A DNA stretch of 59,022 bases, the filler included, from Ionaspis alba (lineage: Eukaryota), in NCBI GenBank assembly GCA_964255285.1. It is 2 parts of 2 records of this genome, joined end to end, with 100 filler letters (N's around TTAATTAATTAA, not from the genome) between each part and the next. Parts side by side here need not be neighbours in the genome. Positions count along the whole stretch, not along the records: positions 29,584 to 59,022 come from CAXUUL010000123.1; 1 more part is not named here. One strand, written 5' to 3'. The number at the start of each line of letters is the position of its first letter. Positions within the stretch are counted from its first letter, which is position 1. Shown here one piece after another: positions 36,823 to 52,604 of this stretch. Below the pieces are notes generated by a model. The model saw nothing but the letters and a program-made list of their open reading frames with translations, did not search any database and was not told the origin of the DNA. A program made the position numbers and the translations under genes.

Positions 36823-38177
36823 CGTGGCAGTGAAAAGCGAAATGGCAGGTGGAATGACAAAGGGCGTGTGGTTCGAAGATCTCAAGGGAATCGGCGGCCT
36901 CGAACTGAGAGGACGTTGCCGTCAATGGAGCATGATCGGACGTGCCTTTGTCACATCTGCTTCAGCTCCTTTAGCTCGTACGTGGACATCTACCTCGAGT
37001 TCTCCCAGTAGAACTCTGGCAACAAGATATTTCGGTAGATCAGATTGGATTCAATATCATTGAGTCCAATCAGCAGAGTGCTATTTGTTGCGTCTCCTCG
37101 ACGTCTTGAATCCGCGGTCGGTCCGTGCCTCAGTCTCATAAATCATAAGTTCTACATAATCTCCGTCTAAGCACACCAGAGCAGATTCGTATTTACAAGA
37201 TTAAGTGTCCATACTAGAAATTCATCATGGCAGTATCACAGCATATTTCGCTCAGTAAAATTCTGTCAAACACATTGATGATCAAATGGATCAAATGTGC
37301 GCATCATCTAGCTATCTATCTCTGGTTGGAAAAATGCAGCAAATTTCTCAGATGTCTAGAAGGTCACAAGCCTCCAGCGCGAATGTATCAAAGGATCTTC
37401 CTAGATGTTCGAGGAAAACAGTTCCCCAACCCTCGCATTCCGAAGTGTGCAGGACGTGATTCGTCAAGTCCCACGGATATTCGAAGGGTGAGGCACAATT
37501 GCGCGCTGAAGTTGTGCCCATTCAAAACGCCGTCGATCAGACACAAATCTATCGCTGCAGAGTCGTGAATCGTCTATGATGCAATCGCTATTCCAGGTTC
37601 AGCCTGCGAATGCATATGCTTAAAGACAAGTGATCGACGGGGAATGTCGATAGTAGCTTTTGATGTAAAGCCAAGGGAGCACAAGCAGGTTGCTCGCTGA
37701 AAAGCACGGAGTCGCTAAATCAAAGAAATCTATTTTGAGCAACCGGATCGTCGACAGACAATAGTTTGGGTAAAGCCACCTCCAGAACGATGGCTGCGTC
37801 CTAGACGTCCAAACGAGGAGAGAGTGTTGGTCTCCTGGTCGTCAGCACCCTCATTTTGGGGTGAGCAGATAACCGATGCAAACCAAATGTCGATGACAGA
37901 AGCCAACGTGATCTATGGTATTATGGTTCGCATAGGGTAATTCCATTGTCTCGTGTCTGTCGTTCAATGCTGATGGGTATCATCAGCAGGTCGAAGAGAA
38001 CCGAAATCGAAGTGCCGGGGCCGTTGGAAATGCTTGCAAGGAAACCAAAATGGAGCAGAATAGAAAATGTCTCAAGGTCGCTCTTTTAGTACCACATCGC
38101 CACAATCAAGAATTACTGGCGAACGATTCCAGGTCTTGACGTAAGTATGAAAGCGAAGTGAATTCGACAGGGAAGGA

Positions 38178-40352
<2,175 letters not shown>

Positions 40353-40773
40353 GATGTGAGATTGTCTTGATGATAGTGATAGACTCTGGATGTGGGTGTT
40401 CTGAATTAGAACGTCAGCTTTCAAGTGTCACGAAACAATGCTTGATAAGGAGTGCGACGTCGAAATGAGAACGTGACCAAGTGCGGGTAGACTTACAAGA
40501 TGATGGGACTGGTGAGGTGAAGTTTTAAAGGTGACAAGTCTAGGATCAACCTGACAGTTAACGGTTGACAGTTGATGAACTGGAAGAGGATGATGCGGTT
40601 GATGAACGACGAGAGTAGAGAAACGCCTGCTGTCTTGATCGTTCTGTAATGAACGAAGTGAGAACGAAAAACTGCGTTTATGAAACACGTAGGAGATTAT
40701 GAACTTTGTGGTGAGGTTGTGGTTGAGAGTAGAGTTTGAAGGGAGGACAGAAAATGTGTGGAGAGAGGTGACC

Positions 40774-40783
40774 TGAAATTTTT
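40774..40783. promoter_or_regulatory. RRPE-like motif TGAAATTTTT upstream of DED1
   Basis: Matches the TGAAA(A/T)TTTT growth-gene element about 420 bp upstream of the DED1 ATG. Function inferred only. Confidence 0.35.
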
Positions 40784-41329
40784 GGAAAGTCTTGAACCCT
40801 ACACACTAAATCGCGGCGAGCAGACAGCCACACCGAGATTATGTCAGCACGAAGCGCCACAAAGACTGCCAACTGTTTTGCAAGCCGTGTGCTGTTCCAT
40901 CTACTTTCCCAATCGATAAGACTTCGATGCAGATCATTGCTCAGTCTACTTCACATGGAGCTCGAGCAGATATTATGCCTCGCTGCCCACGAGAGGAACA
41001 TAGAGAATATATACGACGAAGAAGGCAAGTCTATCTATCAGGCTGGGAACTTTTCCGAGACCACAGGGCTCTTCGGTCTGATCCTTAGATATAACATGAC
41101 CATGCCTATAATGACCCCAAAGAAAGCGAGCTTTTGCAACATGTTTGTTCCCTCGCCTCCCATTAGTGAGGTATTTTTGACTGGAAGATGTTCAGGCAGC
41201 TTCAGTTCCGTAACATCCAAGTTGTCGTCTTCGAGGACTGGCAGAGCTGAGCCGATGGTATCTTACCCAAGTATCAGCAAGCTCTGAGACTCTCTCCATG
41301 AATGTAACGGAGCACGAAACTGTGCTGGT

Positions 41330-42131
41330 CTAGAGCTCCGCGTGGATACCTTCTGCCTCCATTTCCAGCTCTCCACTCTTAACAATTCTGACAGGCTTGA
41401 TAGGCTTGTCGCCTTGACCTTTGGGAAGATCTTCAATCTTCTCAACGATATTGTAACCCTCAAGCACCTCGCCGAACACGACATGCTTTCCATCCAGCCA
41501 GCTAGTGGAGTATTAGTTCTGCCAACGATCTTCAAGCGGTCATGGGCCTTACGAAGTGATGGCAGTTGTGATGAAGAATTGAGAGCCATTGGTGTCCTTT
41601 CCAGAGTTGGCCATACTCAACAAGCCTTTCTTGCTGTGCTTCAGTTTGAAATTCTCATCCGGGAACTTCGCTCCGTAGATGGATTTTCCTCCGGTCCCTG
41701 CGATAGTGTTAGGCCAGCAAATTCGCCGAGTCAACCAAAGGAGGCAATGTTCGTACCATCACCGTTCGTGAAGTCACCGCCTTGAATCATGAAGGCCTTG
41801 ATGATTCTGTGAAATCCAGAACCCTCGTACCCGTAGCCTTCCTTCCCTGTGCAGAGAACACGGAAATTCTCTGCGGTCTTGGGCACAGTCTTCCCGTAAA
41901 GACCCATCACCACCCTTCCAAGGGATTCATCGCCAGAATTGATGTCAAAGTAGACCTATTGACAGGAGTCAGATACGTTGCAATACATAAGAAAGCAGAA
42001 ATGAATACTTTGCTAGTAATCTTTGGTCCTTTCGCAGCTTCACCCGATTGAGCAAAGAAGAGGAATGTTGCGGTCAAGATGACCAGCGCCGAGATGACGA
42101 GTCGCTGAAAGTTGGCCATGGTGAAGAACAT
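41330..42131 (-). CDS. CPR5: ER cyclophilin B (peptidyl-prolyl isomerase), soluble isoform ending HAEL; a predicted alternative isoform extends to 41038
   Basis: Signal peptide, [40 protein letters not shown] and [18 protein letters not shown], ending ..[16 protein letters not shown] (TAG 41330-41332). Confidence 0.93.
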
Positions 42132-42346
42132 GAGATGTGGTAAACAATGCTAAAAACTCGATTTACTTAAAGTTGTTAATGCCACCTGTGTTGTAGAGAT
42201 CCAGATCAATGTTTCAGCCTTATCAAAATAACCAGCTACTCCTGATATCTCCAGAAATATTCTTTCCCGAAAAATCGATGCAATAACTAGGTATACAAGA
42301 GTGCTAAAAAACGAAGATCTCGAGGACCCGAAGGCCATAATTCACA

Positions 42347-42857
42347 ATGGTAAGGCAAATCCAATCCGTTCGTCCCCAGCGCTGACAGCTCTAGGTCTTC
42401 ATCCTAGGGACCAATTTCCCTGAGTCCCGGCTTGTCAAGGTAGCTCCTTATGATATCCAGCGACGTCCACAGCCACTGACTACCCCTCAGCGGGCCCTCG
42501 AAACGTTCTACGGCATTGGGCCTCAAGTATCACAGCACATAATGGCACGCTTTTTCATTCACCCTACAGCCAAAGTTGGCTCTTTAGCCAACAAACAAGT
42601 CCTGGACTTGACGGCAGAGCTCTCGAAGATGCATATCGAGAACGAACTAAGGCGGCAGCTCAGGGAGAATATTACGCGGCTAAAGGACATGGGGGCATAC
42701 CGCGGAAGGAGACATGCGATGGGACTGCCTGTAAGAGGGCAGAGGACAAGGACACAGGTAATTGATTGAAGGAACTGGATCAGCGTTAGGGGTGGTACTG
42801 ATTGTGCTGTAGACGGCGACGGCAAACAAGCTTAACAGGACCGAAAGAAAGGGATAG
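42347..42857 (+). CDS. SWS2: Mitochondrial small ribosomal subunit protein uS13m, 3 introns (first coding exon is the ATG alone)
   Basis: M|VFILGTNFPESRLVK|RALETFYGIG..GAYRGRRHAMGLPVRGQRTRTQ|TATANKLNR, the S13 signature. Confidence 0.92.
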
Positions 42858-43206
42858 AGGTGGGATGAGGGTGTTTGGTGCATTGCGTAGGCGTTTTGGG
42901 ACAATCCTCGGCATTGCCCTGACCGACCAAAGACCTTCATGCTCATTTAAAGTCGAGAAGGGGAGGAGGGAGAGCCTCCGGGAACTAGACGTTGTTTATC
43001 AAGATGTGTTGCACATGAGCCTTGTTGAGGAGGATACGGTCTGTGCATAAGTGAGAGGAAGCAAACTGTGCTCTCCTGCTACGCTATTGAAATTTCAAGG
43101 CAGATTCCCTGGCAGGCGCTTCAGGTCAAGTCAGAAGCCGAAAGTGTGTAAGGGATCATGTCTGTGGCAAAGTTACGAATAATATTGACTAGAAGATTTT
43201 CGAAGA

Positions 43207-44704
43207 CTACCCTCCTTCTTTACCACCTACTACCCCTTTCCCGCTATTTATCTGCAGCCTCTTGTCTTCACCAGCACTCACAATACCCACATCGTGATCC
43301 CAGCAGACCTCAAAGACTTTGACGCCCTCTCCCCCAACCCTTCTTCCCTCACCCTTGACACTTTCTCTGGAGATGATATACATGCTCTCTCCTACAACCC
43401 CATCCTTCTCACTCCGACTCGATCGAACATCCCAGATCCTGCACGTTCCGTCATGACTCCCGCTCAGGAGTCCATACGAACTATCTGGAACACACGCAAG
43501 TGCAACAACAGCATTAGTATGCCCTCTTAATGTCATGGCAGATATCGTTGTAGCAGACGCTCGGGGATCAATGAGAGTGATGTGCCGTGCAGATGTTCCA
43601 ACCGCGACAAGGTTCAGCTCTTGGAGTGCCGTGAGAGCTAAAAGAGGATGCGACGTTGTTCTCGTATCGACGAGTGAGGCTGTCGGTAGATCCCACGTGC
43701 GAAGTGTATGGTCCCAAGAAGCCGAGTAGGCGACTGTGGGATCCTTCGGCGCGAAGATAGTAGATGATACAGGAGCGGAATGGGCTTTGAGGAAGGCCAG
43801 GCACCCGCGCTGAGGCGTTGAGGTGGATGTAGATAATCTTCGGCGTTTCGTACTCCGACCGTTGTTTTGTGGGAGTAGGGAAGCTGGGGCTGCCGGGGCA
43901 TCGGATTTCTTGGTAGACCAGACACCTACTGAATGGTCGGCTGAGGCAGAAAGAACGCGGGAAGACGGAGCATGGGTGGCGAGGCAGTCCACACTGGCTT
44001 TGTGGCCGTAGAGCTCGATCTGAGGTGTAAGGGTCGCGGTGAAGCCCTCAGTGTCCTCGTTATATTTCCATATCCGTATTGTTCGATCGAGGTCTGACGA
44101 TGCCACCTGGGTGGGTGATATAAATTTGGCTGCTTTGATCGAGGATGTGTGACCTCCATGACTAGCTGAAGGGGACGTGACAACGACTTCAGAGGACATA
44201 TTCCACACTCGCAGCAGACCGTCATAGCTCCCAGAAAGAATCCTCTCCTGCCCTGTTGCGGTCTTTGTGCCATTGTTTCCCCATAACCCTGCGGGCGACG
44301 AGCTTGATAGAACGTCCACCGAGCTCACCCAGTCATCGTGCTCAAAGGAAGCGAGGTAGATTGGTGGTATGATCGCTCGAACATACTCAACAGTGAGCAG
44401 AGTTTCCGACGAAATACCATTTGCGGTCAGGTACTCGTCAATAGACGTTCGAAGGAAGGTACCGTTTATGAGGAACTCAAACGGTATAGGCTTCTCGTTC
44501 TCCAGAAGAGCATTGACGAGCGTCGATAGGGCATAGCGGCGAAGATCTGCAGATATTCAGCATCAGTTCTCAGAAGATGAAAGTTTGTCTACTAGTATTA
44601 ACGAGAATCGGTCCTGTGGCATCTGGCAGTGCAATGTCTGAACTCTTTGTTGTCAGTTGCAACTTGACTTGCTTTTGCGATGAGGAGCTGTCTTGGTCGG
44701 CCAT
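43207..44704 (-). CDS. YTM1: Ribosome biogenesis WD40 protein Ytm1 (WDR12), 1 intron
   Basis: N-terminal NLE/ubiquitin-like domain ([30 protein letters not shown]), HDDWVSSVD and WD repeats (SGSYDG, SASWDHT, SGSHDG). Confidence 0.95.
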
Positions 44705-44973
44705 TGTTGCAGCCGTCGACATCCTGGTCGTCCAGTTTTATGATATTCCGGTAGAAATTTATCCTAACCCTAGAAGAACATGCGTCGCCAAGGCAATGTC
44801 TATACAAGCCTCCATGGGACTTCGAGAAATCACATCCTACAACGAGGTTGTCTTTTAGGTCTACCACCCAGTAAGAACTTTCTATAATTGATGCTTCGAG
44901 GTCCTTTGGCTCTAGAGCTACTTATATGACATACGCTCTAAAAGCCTCTCCTTGCTCTATCGAGGTACTATGA

Positions 44974-47420
44974 TCAGCCAATGTCATGAACCAAGCTCGG
45001 CACTTTCTCATCACAGTATCCAGGTGCCTTAGGTCCCGATCCTCCTGCCCAGCTTACGATGGTCAACGCTGTAGTGTACATCATCACAATTATTCCAAAA
45101 ACACAGAGTGCTATATCTCCGCCCTTCTGCGATCTAGTTCTCGCAACTGCCTTTAAGTGAAGGAGCGGCTTGATAATGCTGTTAGTAATTACTTGCGAAC
45201 CAGTTGTTAGGCACTTACAGGATACACGTAGACAAGTGGCACGCAGGCAAAACTGCCCACGAGGGCAACGAACTTGTCCAGATCTCCGGCTCCACCCCAG
45301 GCAATGGCAGCACATAGCATGACTAGGCAGAAGCGGAACACGTTCTTTTCCCATTTGATGTAAGCGTTATACTTTCCGCTGCGGCTGAAAATCTCTGTCT
45401 CCAGGATACGGATCGCAGGGAACAGCTGAAGAGGCGTTGACAGGAGGATGGCCAGCGAATAGAGGAACTGTACAGCATTCACAAATTTATCGTCTTGTGG
45501 TAGATTCAGTAGTACCACTGTCCTCGTAGATGATCCATATGCAGCATAAGATATCGCACCCATACTGATGAAGACTGCGGTGATAATGACCATGACAATC
45601 GCAAGTACTGGAGGGAAATCCCCCGGTCTCTTCATTGATGACTGAATTGGGATGATAAGACCGATCCCTTCGAATGTGAAGATAGCTGTGCCAATGAACA
45701 GCGTCCAATCTTTGGGATTGAATTGGATTATGTCGGCGACGCCATGGTTGGAAACGATTGTGAAGATGTCGTAATAGTACAGGTAGATAAGTCCGAGCAG
45801 GATGAAAAAGTCTGCGACTAAAGCGGTCCCTCCGAGCTTGCTAATATCTCGGATCAGGGAGAGAGGTAAGAATACGATTAGCTGCATCAAGACCATGTAT
45901 TTAATATCGATCCAGGTCCGACACCGAGAGACTGCAAGAATGAAAGCTTGCAGGTTCTCTGAGGTGAATACGATGTATGCAGAGACGAATCCGATCTGAC
46001 TTAGAACAATGGATGAGAGAATCAAAAAACGCATGGATTTGCCATACAGGATTCCGCCGATATCGCCAAATGAGCCTTCAATCTTGAGGCGGGTATTAAC
46101 CAACAGAATAAAACAGTAGTAACTTAATGATGCCACACCTAGAAGGACAAGGTTACTGAAGAGCATTCCACCATTGAGGTATGCTTTGGGCAGAAAAAGG
46201 ACACCCGTGCCGACGAAAGACTTCAACAACAGTAATGCAGCTCCCCATGAGGTATTCTGTCCAGTCTCGCCTTTGGCTCTTAGAATTCTTCTCCGCCCTC
46301 CAGGGGTTCTCGGCGTGAGTAAGGCGCTGCCCTCTCCTGGCTCTCTATCATCTTCGTCTTCATCACCAAGATCGTCATACATGTCTGAATCAAAATACCC
46401 ATCGGGTTCAAGGTCTTCGTCGTCATCCTCCAATTCTTCGCCTGCGAAATGGCCGTACAGGGTAAGAAACTCAATAAAGTTGTTTGTGAAAAGCTTTGGC
46501 TGCTGTCTCGTCTGGTGCGTGTCCTCCGCACTTTCAAGCCCTGTGGCACGCCCACGTCTTCTAGGTGAAGGGCTCCGGGCTGACCTGCGCAAGTAATTCC
46601 GCCGAAACCCTCCGGGAACTTTGATAGTACTTATGTCGAGCTCCTCACTTTCAGGTGCAGGCCTGGACACATAGAAACTCCGGCTTCTTTTCCCACGCCC
46701 TCCGGTCTGCGATTGTGCGTCCGCATCCTCAGCCCATTTGTACACCTCCCGTGTCATGTCTCCTCCCTGCAATTGAAGACTAGAGAATCCGTCATCGTCA
46801 AGCCCTTGTACGTTGCTTAACATTCTCGTGTGTGAGATAGCAGATTTTGCTCCCTTATCTTGAATGGAAAAGGAGGCTCGGCCAGGTCGAGACTGCTCCT
46901 CTGATACTTCGGTATCGGACGGCTGGACAAGGTGCCGTCTCACGATTTCAGGATTCTCTATAGGCCCCGGCTGTGCTGAGGCTCGGTGGCCCTGTATGGA
47001 AGGTGTGTCGAAAGAGCCATAATTACTCTGCTGCTCAATAATTCGCAAAGCTGCTCCTGCAGCAGGAGGTGAAAGTGGCCGTATAGGTGGGGTTCCAAAG
47101 CGTGGTGGACTTCCTCCATATGCCCCCTGCAATGCTGCTGCTAACGCTGACCTTCCGGGACCGGCCACAGAACTACCTGCGTCAGCTCCGGCAAGGGGTG
47201 TCTGAGTGCCGGTATGTAGCTGACTCGGCGTCGGTACCTGACGGACTGCTGGAGTACCAGTTCCTATGCTTGAAGGCACAGGAGAGGCTAGACGCGCAGT
47301 CGATGTGGCTCGAGAGCCTGAGCCCACCACAGGAGATCTGCTGACCGAGTTGCCTGAAGAAGCTGTGCGAGGGACAGGCCGGGGCTTCGAAGGAGAAGGT
47401 GCATCTCGCCCACCGACCAT
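44974..47420 (-). CDS. Vacuolar amino acid exporter, Avt3/Avt4 family, 1 intron
   Basis: LQLQGGDMTREVYKW, PGGFRRNYL, NFIEFLTLYGHFAGE, LLLKSFVGTGVLFLP and FTFEGIGLIIP. Confidence 0.93.
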
Positions 47421-48171
47421 TCTGCGGTCACCTTCTCCAAATCGAACTTTCGATCCAGTGTAAAACCTGTGGTAGCGAGAGCTGTGTCTCGATCGGTCGG
47501 GTCTCCGCGCAAGTCGTAGTGTTGCTTATCGCATGGGTATCACGAGGCCAATGGAATGTAAGACTCGAAAGTCGATCCACGCTGATGCAATACAGGCTAC
47601 CGAGCTCAAGAATTTTCAGTTTGGTATGTTATTTTATTGTATGCGATCACTAAGAGGTGCCAGAAATTCCAGAACGGGAGCATCACTGAAAGGACAATGT
47701 TTTGGGAAAGGATTATTACTCGGACTAGAGTTTAAGCAGCCATATGACGCTGCGGGTAACGGAAAGCTTCCGCCCAGCTTAAATTCTTAGCGTGGGGGTC
47801 GTCTACTGTTGGTGGGTGGCCTGCAAAACTTGAAGACTACGCTTTCACAGATCATCAATTCTCTCTTCATATTGGAGCATTGTGGCATTCTAAACCTCGC
47901 CCTTTAGTCTCAGTCTGTGGGTTGAGATATTGGCTGCTTGCTGTCGGTTGATTTATATCTAATGTGGACGGCTCACCCTTTACTTCGTCCTTTGTCGTCT
48001 CCTAAGTAGTGTCTGTTTGTGGATTTCAGCGCAAATATCGGCGAAGGACAGTACGCATATTTTGACGCTTCAAGCTCCTCGCCGATTAGTAGACATGTCT
48101 CGAGCTCTCTCAACTTCCGGGCTCTGTTATCTTCATTAAGGATCCCAAAGTGAGGAGCTGTGGCGACGAGC

Positions 48172-51100
48172 ATGTCATCCGGAGTTCGATCCGGGCCAAC
48201 CAATCGCACCGAAAATGGCGAAGCCTCCCTTCCCTGGAGGAGCACTTCTATGCTCTCTCCTATGGCGGAGGAGTCACCTCAAGGGCACTCTGGCTCATCG
48301 AGGAATCCCTTCGAGTCTCTGACAGATGCTTCCGAGCCACCACCTCGACACCACTCGTTCACCAAGAAGTTATTTGGCATGAACGATGACGGCAATGGCC
48401 CACCGTTGCTCAGGAACAGATCCTCGAGCTTCAGACGAAGATCAAGTCACGGATTTATTGGAGACAGTTCTCTCTTTCCGCACCAGCAGCACGCTGGTGC
48501 AAAGGACAAAGAGGGCCATACCATAGGACCACGGCCTGGTGCCATGCCACGACCTATAGGTGGACAGGAAAAACTCGGTACCTTTTCGGGAGTCTTCGTC
48601 CCCACCAGTCTCAACGTCTTGAGTATTTTAATGTTCCTTCGATTTGGGTTGATCCTAGGCCAGGGCGGGCTCCTTGGCATGATGGGAATGTTGATTGTTT
48701 CTTACATCATAAACCTGGTCACTACCCTATCCATATCAGCCATAGCTACCAATGGTACCGTCCGAGGAGGTGGAGCTTATTATCTGATTTCCCGTTCTCT
48801 AGGTCCAGAATTCGGAGGTTCTATCGGTGTCGTATTCTACCTAGGATTACTTTTCAATACCTCAATGAACGCAGTGGGTCTGATCGATTGTGTGACGCAG
48901 AACTTCGGACACGCGTCGGGAAATTGGTCTCAATGGCTCCCAGAGGGCTTCTGGTGGCAGTATCTATGGGGAAGTGTTGTTCTTGTCATTTGTACCGCGA
49001 TATGTTTAGGTGGTAGTGCCATATTCGCACGATGCAGTAATGGTCTTCTTGCAATACTTCTGATCGCTACATTCAGCATACCGTTCTCTTCCTTCTTCGT
49101 GCGTCCTTTTCGTGACCCGAAGCTTGGAATCCATTACACCGGGCTCAGTGCTCAAACCTTCTTGGGGAATCTTCTGCCCAAATTCACAAGGCATGCCGCG
49201 GGAAGCCAGGTCCGTGGAAAAGAAAACTTTCAAGACTTGTTCGGTATACTGTTTCCCGCCTGCGGTGGCATATTTGCGTAACGTCCCTCTTTTGTAGGGG
49301 TAACCTTACTTTACTAACCGAGTAATATAGTGGTGCAAGTATGTCCGGAGACCTCAAGCACCCGAGCAAAGGTAGGTCATTCCTCAAAGTCCGGGTGCAC
49401 GGGTGTAGAGTTTTTTGGCTTACGGTCTTCCTTTTGCTAGCTATACCGAAAGGTACATTGAGTGGACTCGCATTGACCTTCATTGCATACACACTGGTCG
49501 TCTTCGCGATGGCCGCTACGGTAACTCGAGATTCTCTCTATAACGACGTGAATATTGTTCAAGATGTGAGTGTCATTCTTTAGTAGACAAGGCAGAATAC
49601 TGAAACGGCTGGTCCATAAGACAAATGTTTCAGGTATTCTGATCCTTCTAGGCGAGTTTGCCACGACCTTCTTCTCCTCTCTACTCGGAGTGATTGGATC
49701 AGCAAAGCTCCTACAAGCCATAGCCCGGGACAATCTTATCCCTGGGCTCTTGATATTCGGCCAGGGTACCATAAACTACGACGAGCCAACCTACGCAATA
49801 ATTTTCACTTTCGCCCTGGCACAGTTGGCTATGTTTTGTGACATCAACCAGCTTGCTTCGTTTGTTACTATGACATACCTGTGAGTCAGATCCAAGGATC
49901 TGGAGCTTTGGCTAACGGCGACCTTCAGAATGACGTTCCTAGTCACGAATTTGGCGTGCTTCTTACTAAAAATCAGCTCTGCGCCAAACTTTCGTCCATC
50001 TTTCCGCTATTTCAATTGGGGCACAGCAGGATTCGGGTTTTTGATCAGTGGTGCGAGTATGTTCTTTGTCGACGGTCTCTATGTGGGTTAAGAGCATCCC
50101 GGCTCTTTCGTCATGGATACGAGGAGTCCTTCTCGTAAGAACAAACAATTATCTAACTGCAACAATAGGCTACCGGATGCGTTGGTATTCTGGTTATCAT
50201 CTTCTTGATCATCCACTACACCACCCCTCCAAAGTCGTGGGGAGACGTGAGCCAGAGCCTGATCTACCACCAAGTGCGCAAGTATCTTCTAAGAATGAAA
50301 CCCGGCAACGTAAAGTTCTGGAGACCACAACTGCTTCTGTTTGTCAACAATCCGCGCAAACAATACAGGCTTGTGCAATTCTGCAATTCTTTGAAGAAAG
50401 GTGGACTATTCGTCCTCGGCCACGTGATAGTGGCCCATGACTTCGGAAAAGCGGTTCCTGAAGCTCGGCGCCAACAAGCTGCGTGGACTAAGTATATTGA
50501 CTTCTCTAAGGTCAAGGCGTTTGTCAATATTGCCATTTCTCCGGCCATCGAGTGGGGAGCTCGCAATGTCGTTCTCGGCGCCGGTCTTGGAGGCCTTACA
50601 CCCAACATAGTCATTTTCGGAATCTACAACTTGAACGAGTACCGGACTAATTTACCGCTCATACCGGTTCCTTCTCCCCAGACTCCCATGCATAGACAAA
50701 AGAAATCCGGCGCTGAAGGCTCCCATGAGAATGGCTTCAAAAGTTTGCACCAAACTGGCAATATACAAGGAGGGTTGCCAACGGATACGTGCAGGACTGA
50801 AGGAGGTGTCTCGCCAAGAGACTATGTTACGATCCTCGAGGATATGCTACTCCGGCTACAGATCAATGTCGCCATTGCTAAAGGATTTGAAGACCTTGAG
50901 TTCCCCACCCCAAAAGACACCAACGTCAAGAAATATATTGACCTCTGGCCAATTCAAATGTCAGCGGAGATCGCCACTGAAGGTGGAGAAGAGAAGCAGA
51001 ATGTTCTTACGACAAACTTCGACACCTATACGTTGATCCTACAATTAGGGTGCATTTTAAATACTGTCCCGGCATGGAAGAGAGCCTATAGGCTACGAGT

Positions 51101-52604
51101 GGCGGTCTTCGTTGAGTATGAATCCGACGTGGAGGAAGAACGTGGTCGTGTCAAAGCACTGTTAGACAATCTTCGAATAAAGGCCAAAGTCCTTGTCTTT
51201 TGGCTTGCTTCTGGTGATGTGAATTCATACCAGGTCATCGTGAATGGAGCTGTTTCTAGTCCCGGAAAGGGTATGGCCGACGATATTGATAAGGTTCTAG
51301 AATCAGAAGAATGGTGGCAAGACGTGCAAAAGCTACGAGGGAAGAGAGGTAATATCAGTGCATCGGAAGAGCTTGCTGGCGTTAGGACCTTGCTAGAAGG
51401 GGCTCCCAATGGATCGAACATAATAGGTCAGAATCTGAAAAGCGAATCGGCAACTGAGAATTTCAAAGGTATCAAGAAACTGCTGCATACAGCGCAGCGG
51501 CGGCGTTCGGCAGGGAACTTCGGAAGCTTCGGCGTACGACTTGGAATGACAACTCACAAACTTCGAGAGGACCTTATGAGCCACCATCCGACCTATGCCA
51601 GTGCCAGCGAAGAGTCTGACACCAGTGACGATGATGACGAAAGCTTCATGAATTTTGACGATGACGAGTCATCGAGCCATAGCAGGGCAAGCGCCGCCAG
51701 TGCGGACGACATCCGGGATATGGATTCCGACGGTGACCTGCATACCAAGAGGCCTAAATCTTCTGGGGCACTGGACAGGAGGCGCAGCGATGGTGATCCA
51801 ACGTTGAAAACCTCTTCTAAGAAGACACACAGAGAACATCATCCACATGAAAAGTTGCAAATAAGCAATTTTCAGCGTCCAGAAACGTCGGATAGCTCAA
51901 CTTCACCTTCCATGAATCAAAGCTCGGATCCGAGCAAAGCCGAAAGAGCGCTTGATGCGAAGAAGAAATTAGATACAGACAACCAAGAAGATGAATCGAA
52001 GAGGATGGATAATACCTTACATGTCAATAAAGCGGAAGAGGCTCCAGCCACATCTTCGAGGCCGAATAATCTGACCATCCATGAACCAAAGTCATCCGCT
52101 TCAAGCATCAAGTCTCCAATATCCGACGCGCCAAACCCTCCTTCGACTAGACCCAAGGTTACGAGACGTGCTTCCGGCGCCAAATTCTCCTCCAAACCTG
52201 TTCCAAAGACCACCGTTGCAAAGGAAGAAGGTCCTGGTCCTTCAATCATGTTCACCGAGAACCCTGAATCCCCTCAACCTCGACCGCTTCAATCCATTTA
52301 CAACCGAAATCAATCCTCAGATGCTAACAGCACCGCATCTGGCTTCCCGTTCCAACAGAGCATTCCTCTGAGCTTCAATGATTTGCCGTGTCGTGCTCAG
52401 CACCTTATCATTAACGAGCTAATGCAGCAGCACTCTGGAGATACAGCCGTCCTGTTCACTACTCTGCCGAGTCCTGTGGAAGGCACATGTCATAGCGAAG
52501 AGGATAGTGTGAGCTATCTTAGTGATTTAGAGGTGCTATGTGAGGGCCTCCCGCCGGTAATGCTGGTGCATAGCAATAGTATGACGGTGACGATGAACCT
52601 ATGA
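48172..52604 (+). CDS. VHC1: Cation-chloride cotransporter (SLC12A9/Vhc1-like), 5 introns
   Basis: KLGTFSGVFVPTSLNVLSILMFLRFG, GGGAYYLISRSLGPEFGGSIG, SGDLKHPS, SAPNFRPSF, HQVRKYLL, KFWRPQLLL, IDLWP and LSFNDLP. Confidence 0.93.

Noticed and set aside
44678..44685. PAC-like motif GCGATGAG near YTM1
   Set aside because: Lies inside the coding sequence, not the promoter.
44760..44775. CTAACCCTA and other isolated telomere-like hexamers (also near 4544 and 7151)
   Set aside because: Single short matches in promoters; no tandem array and no room for a telomerase RNA.
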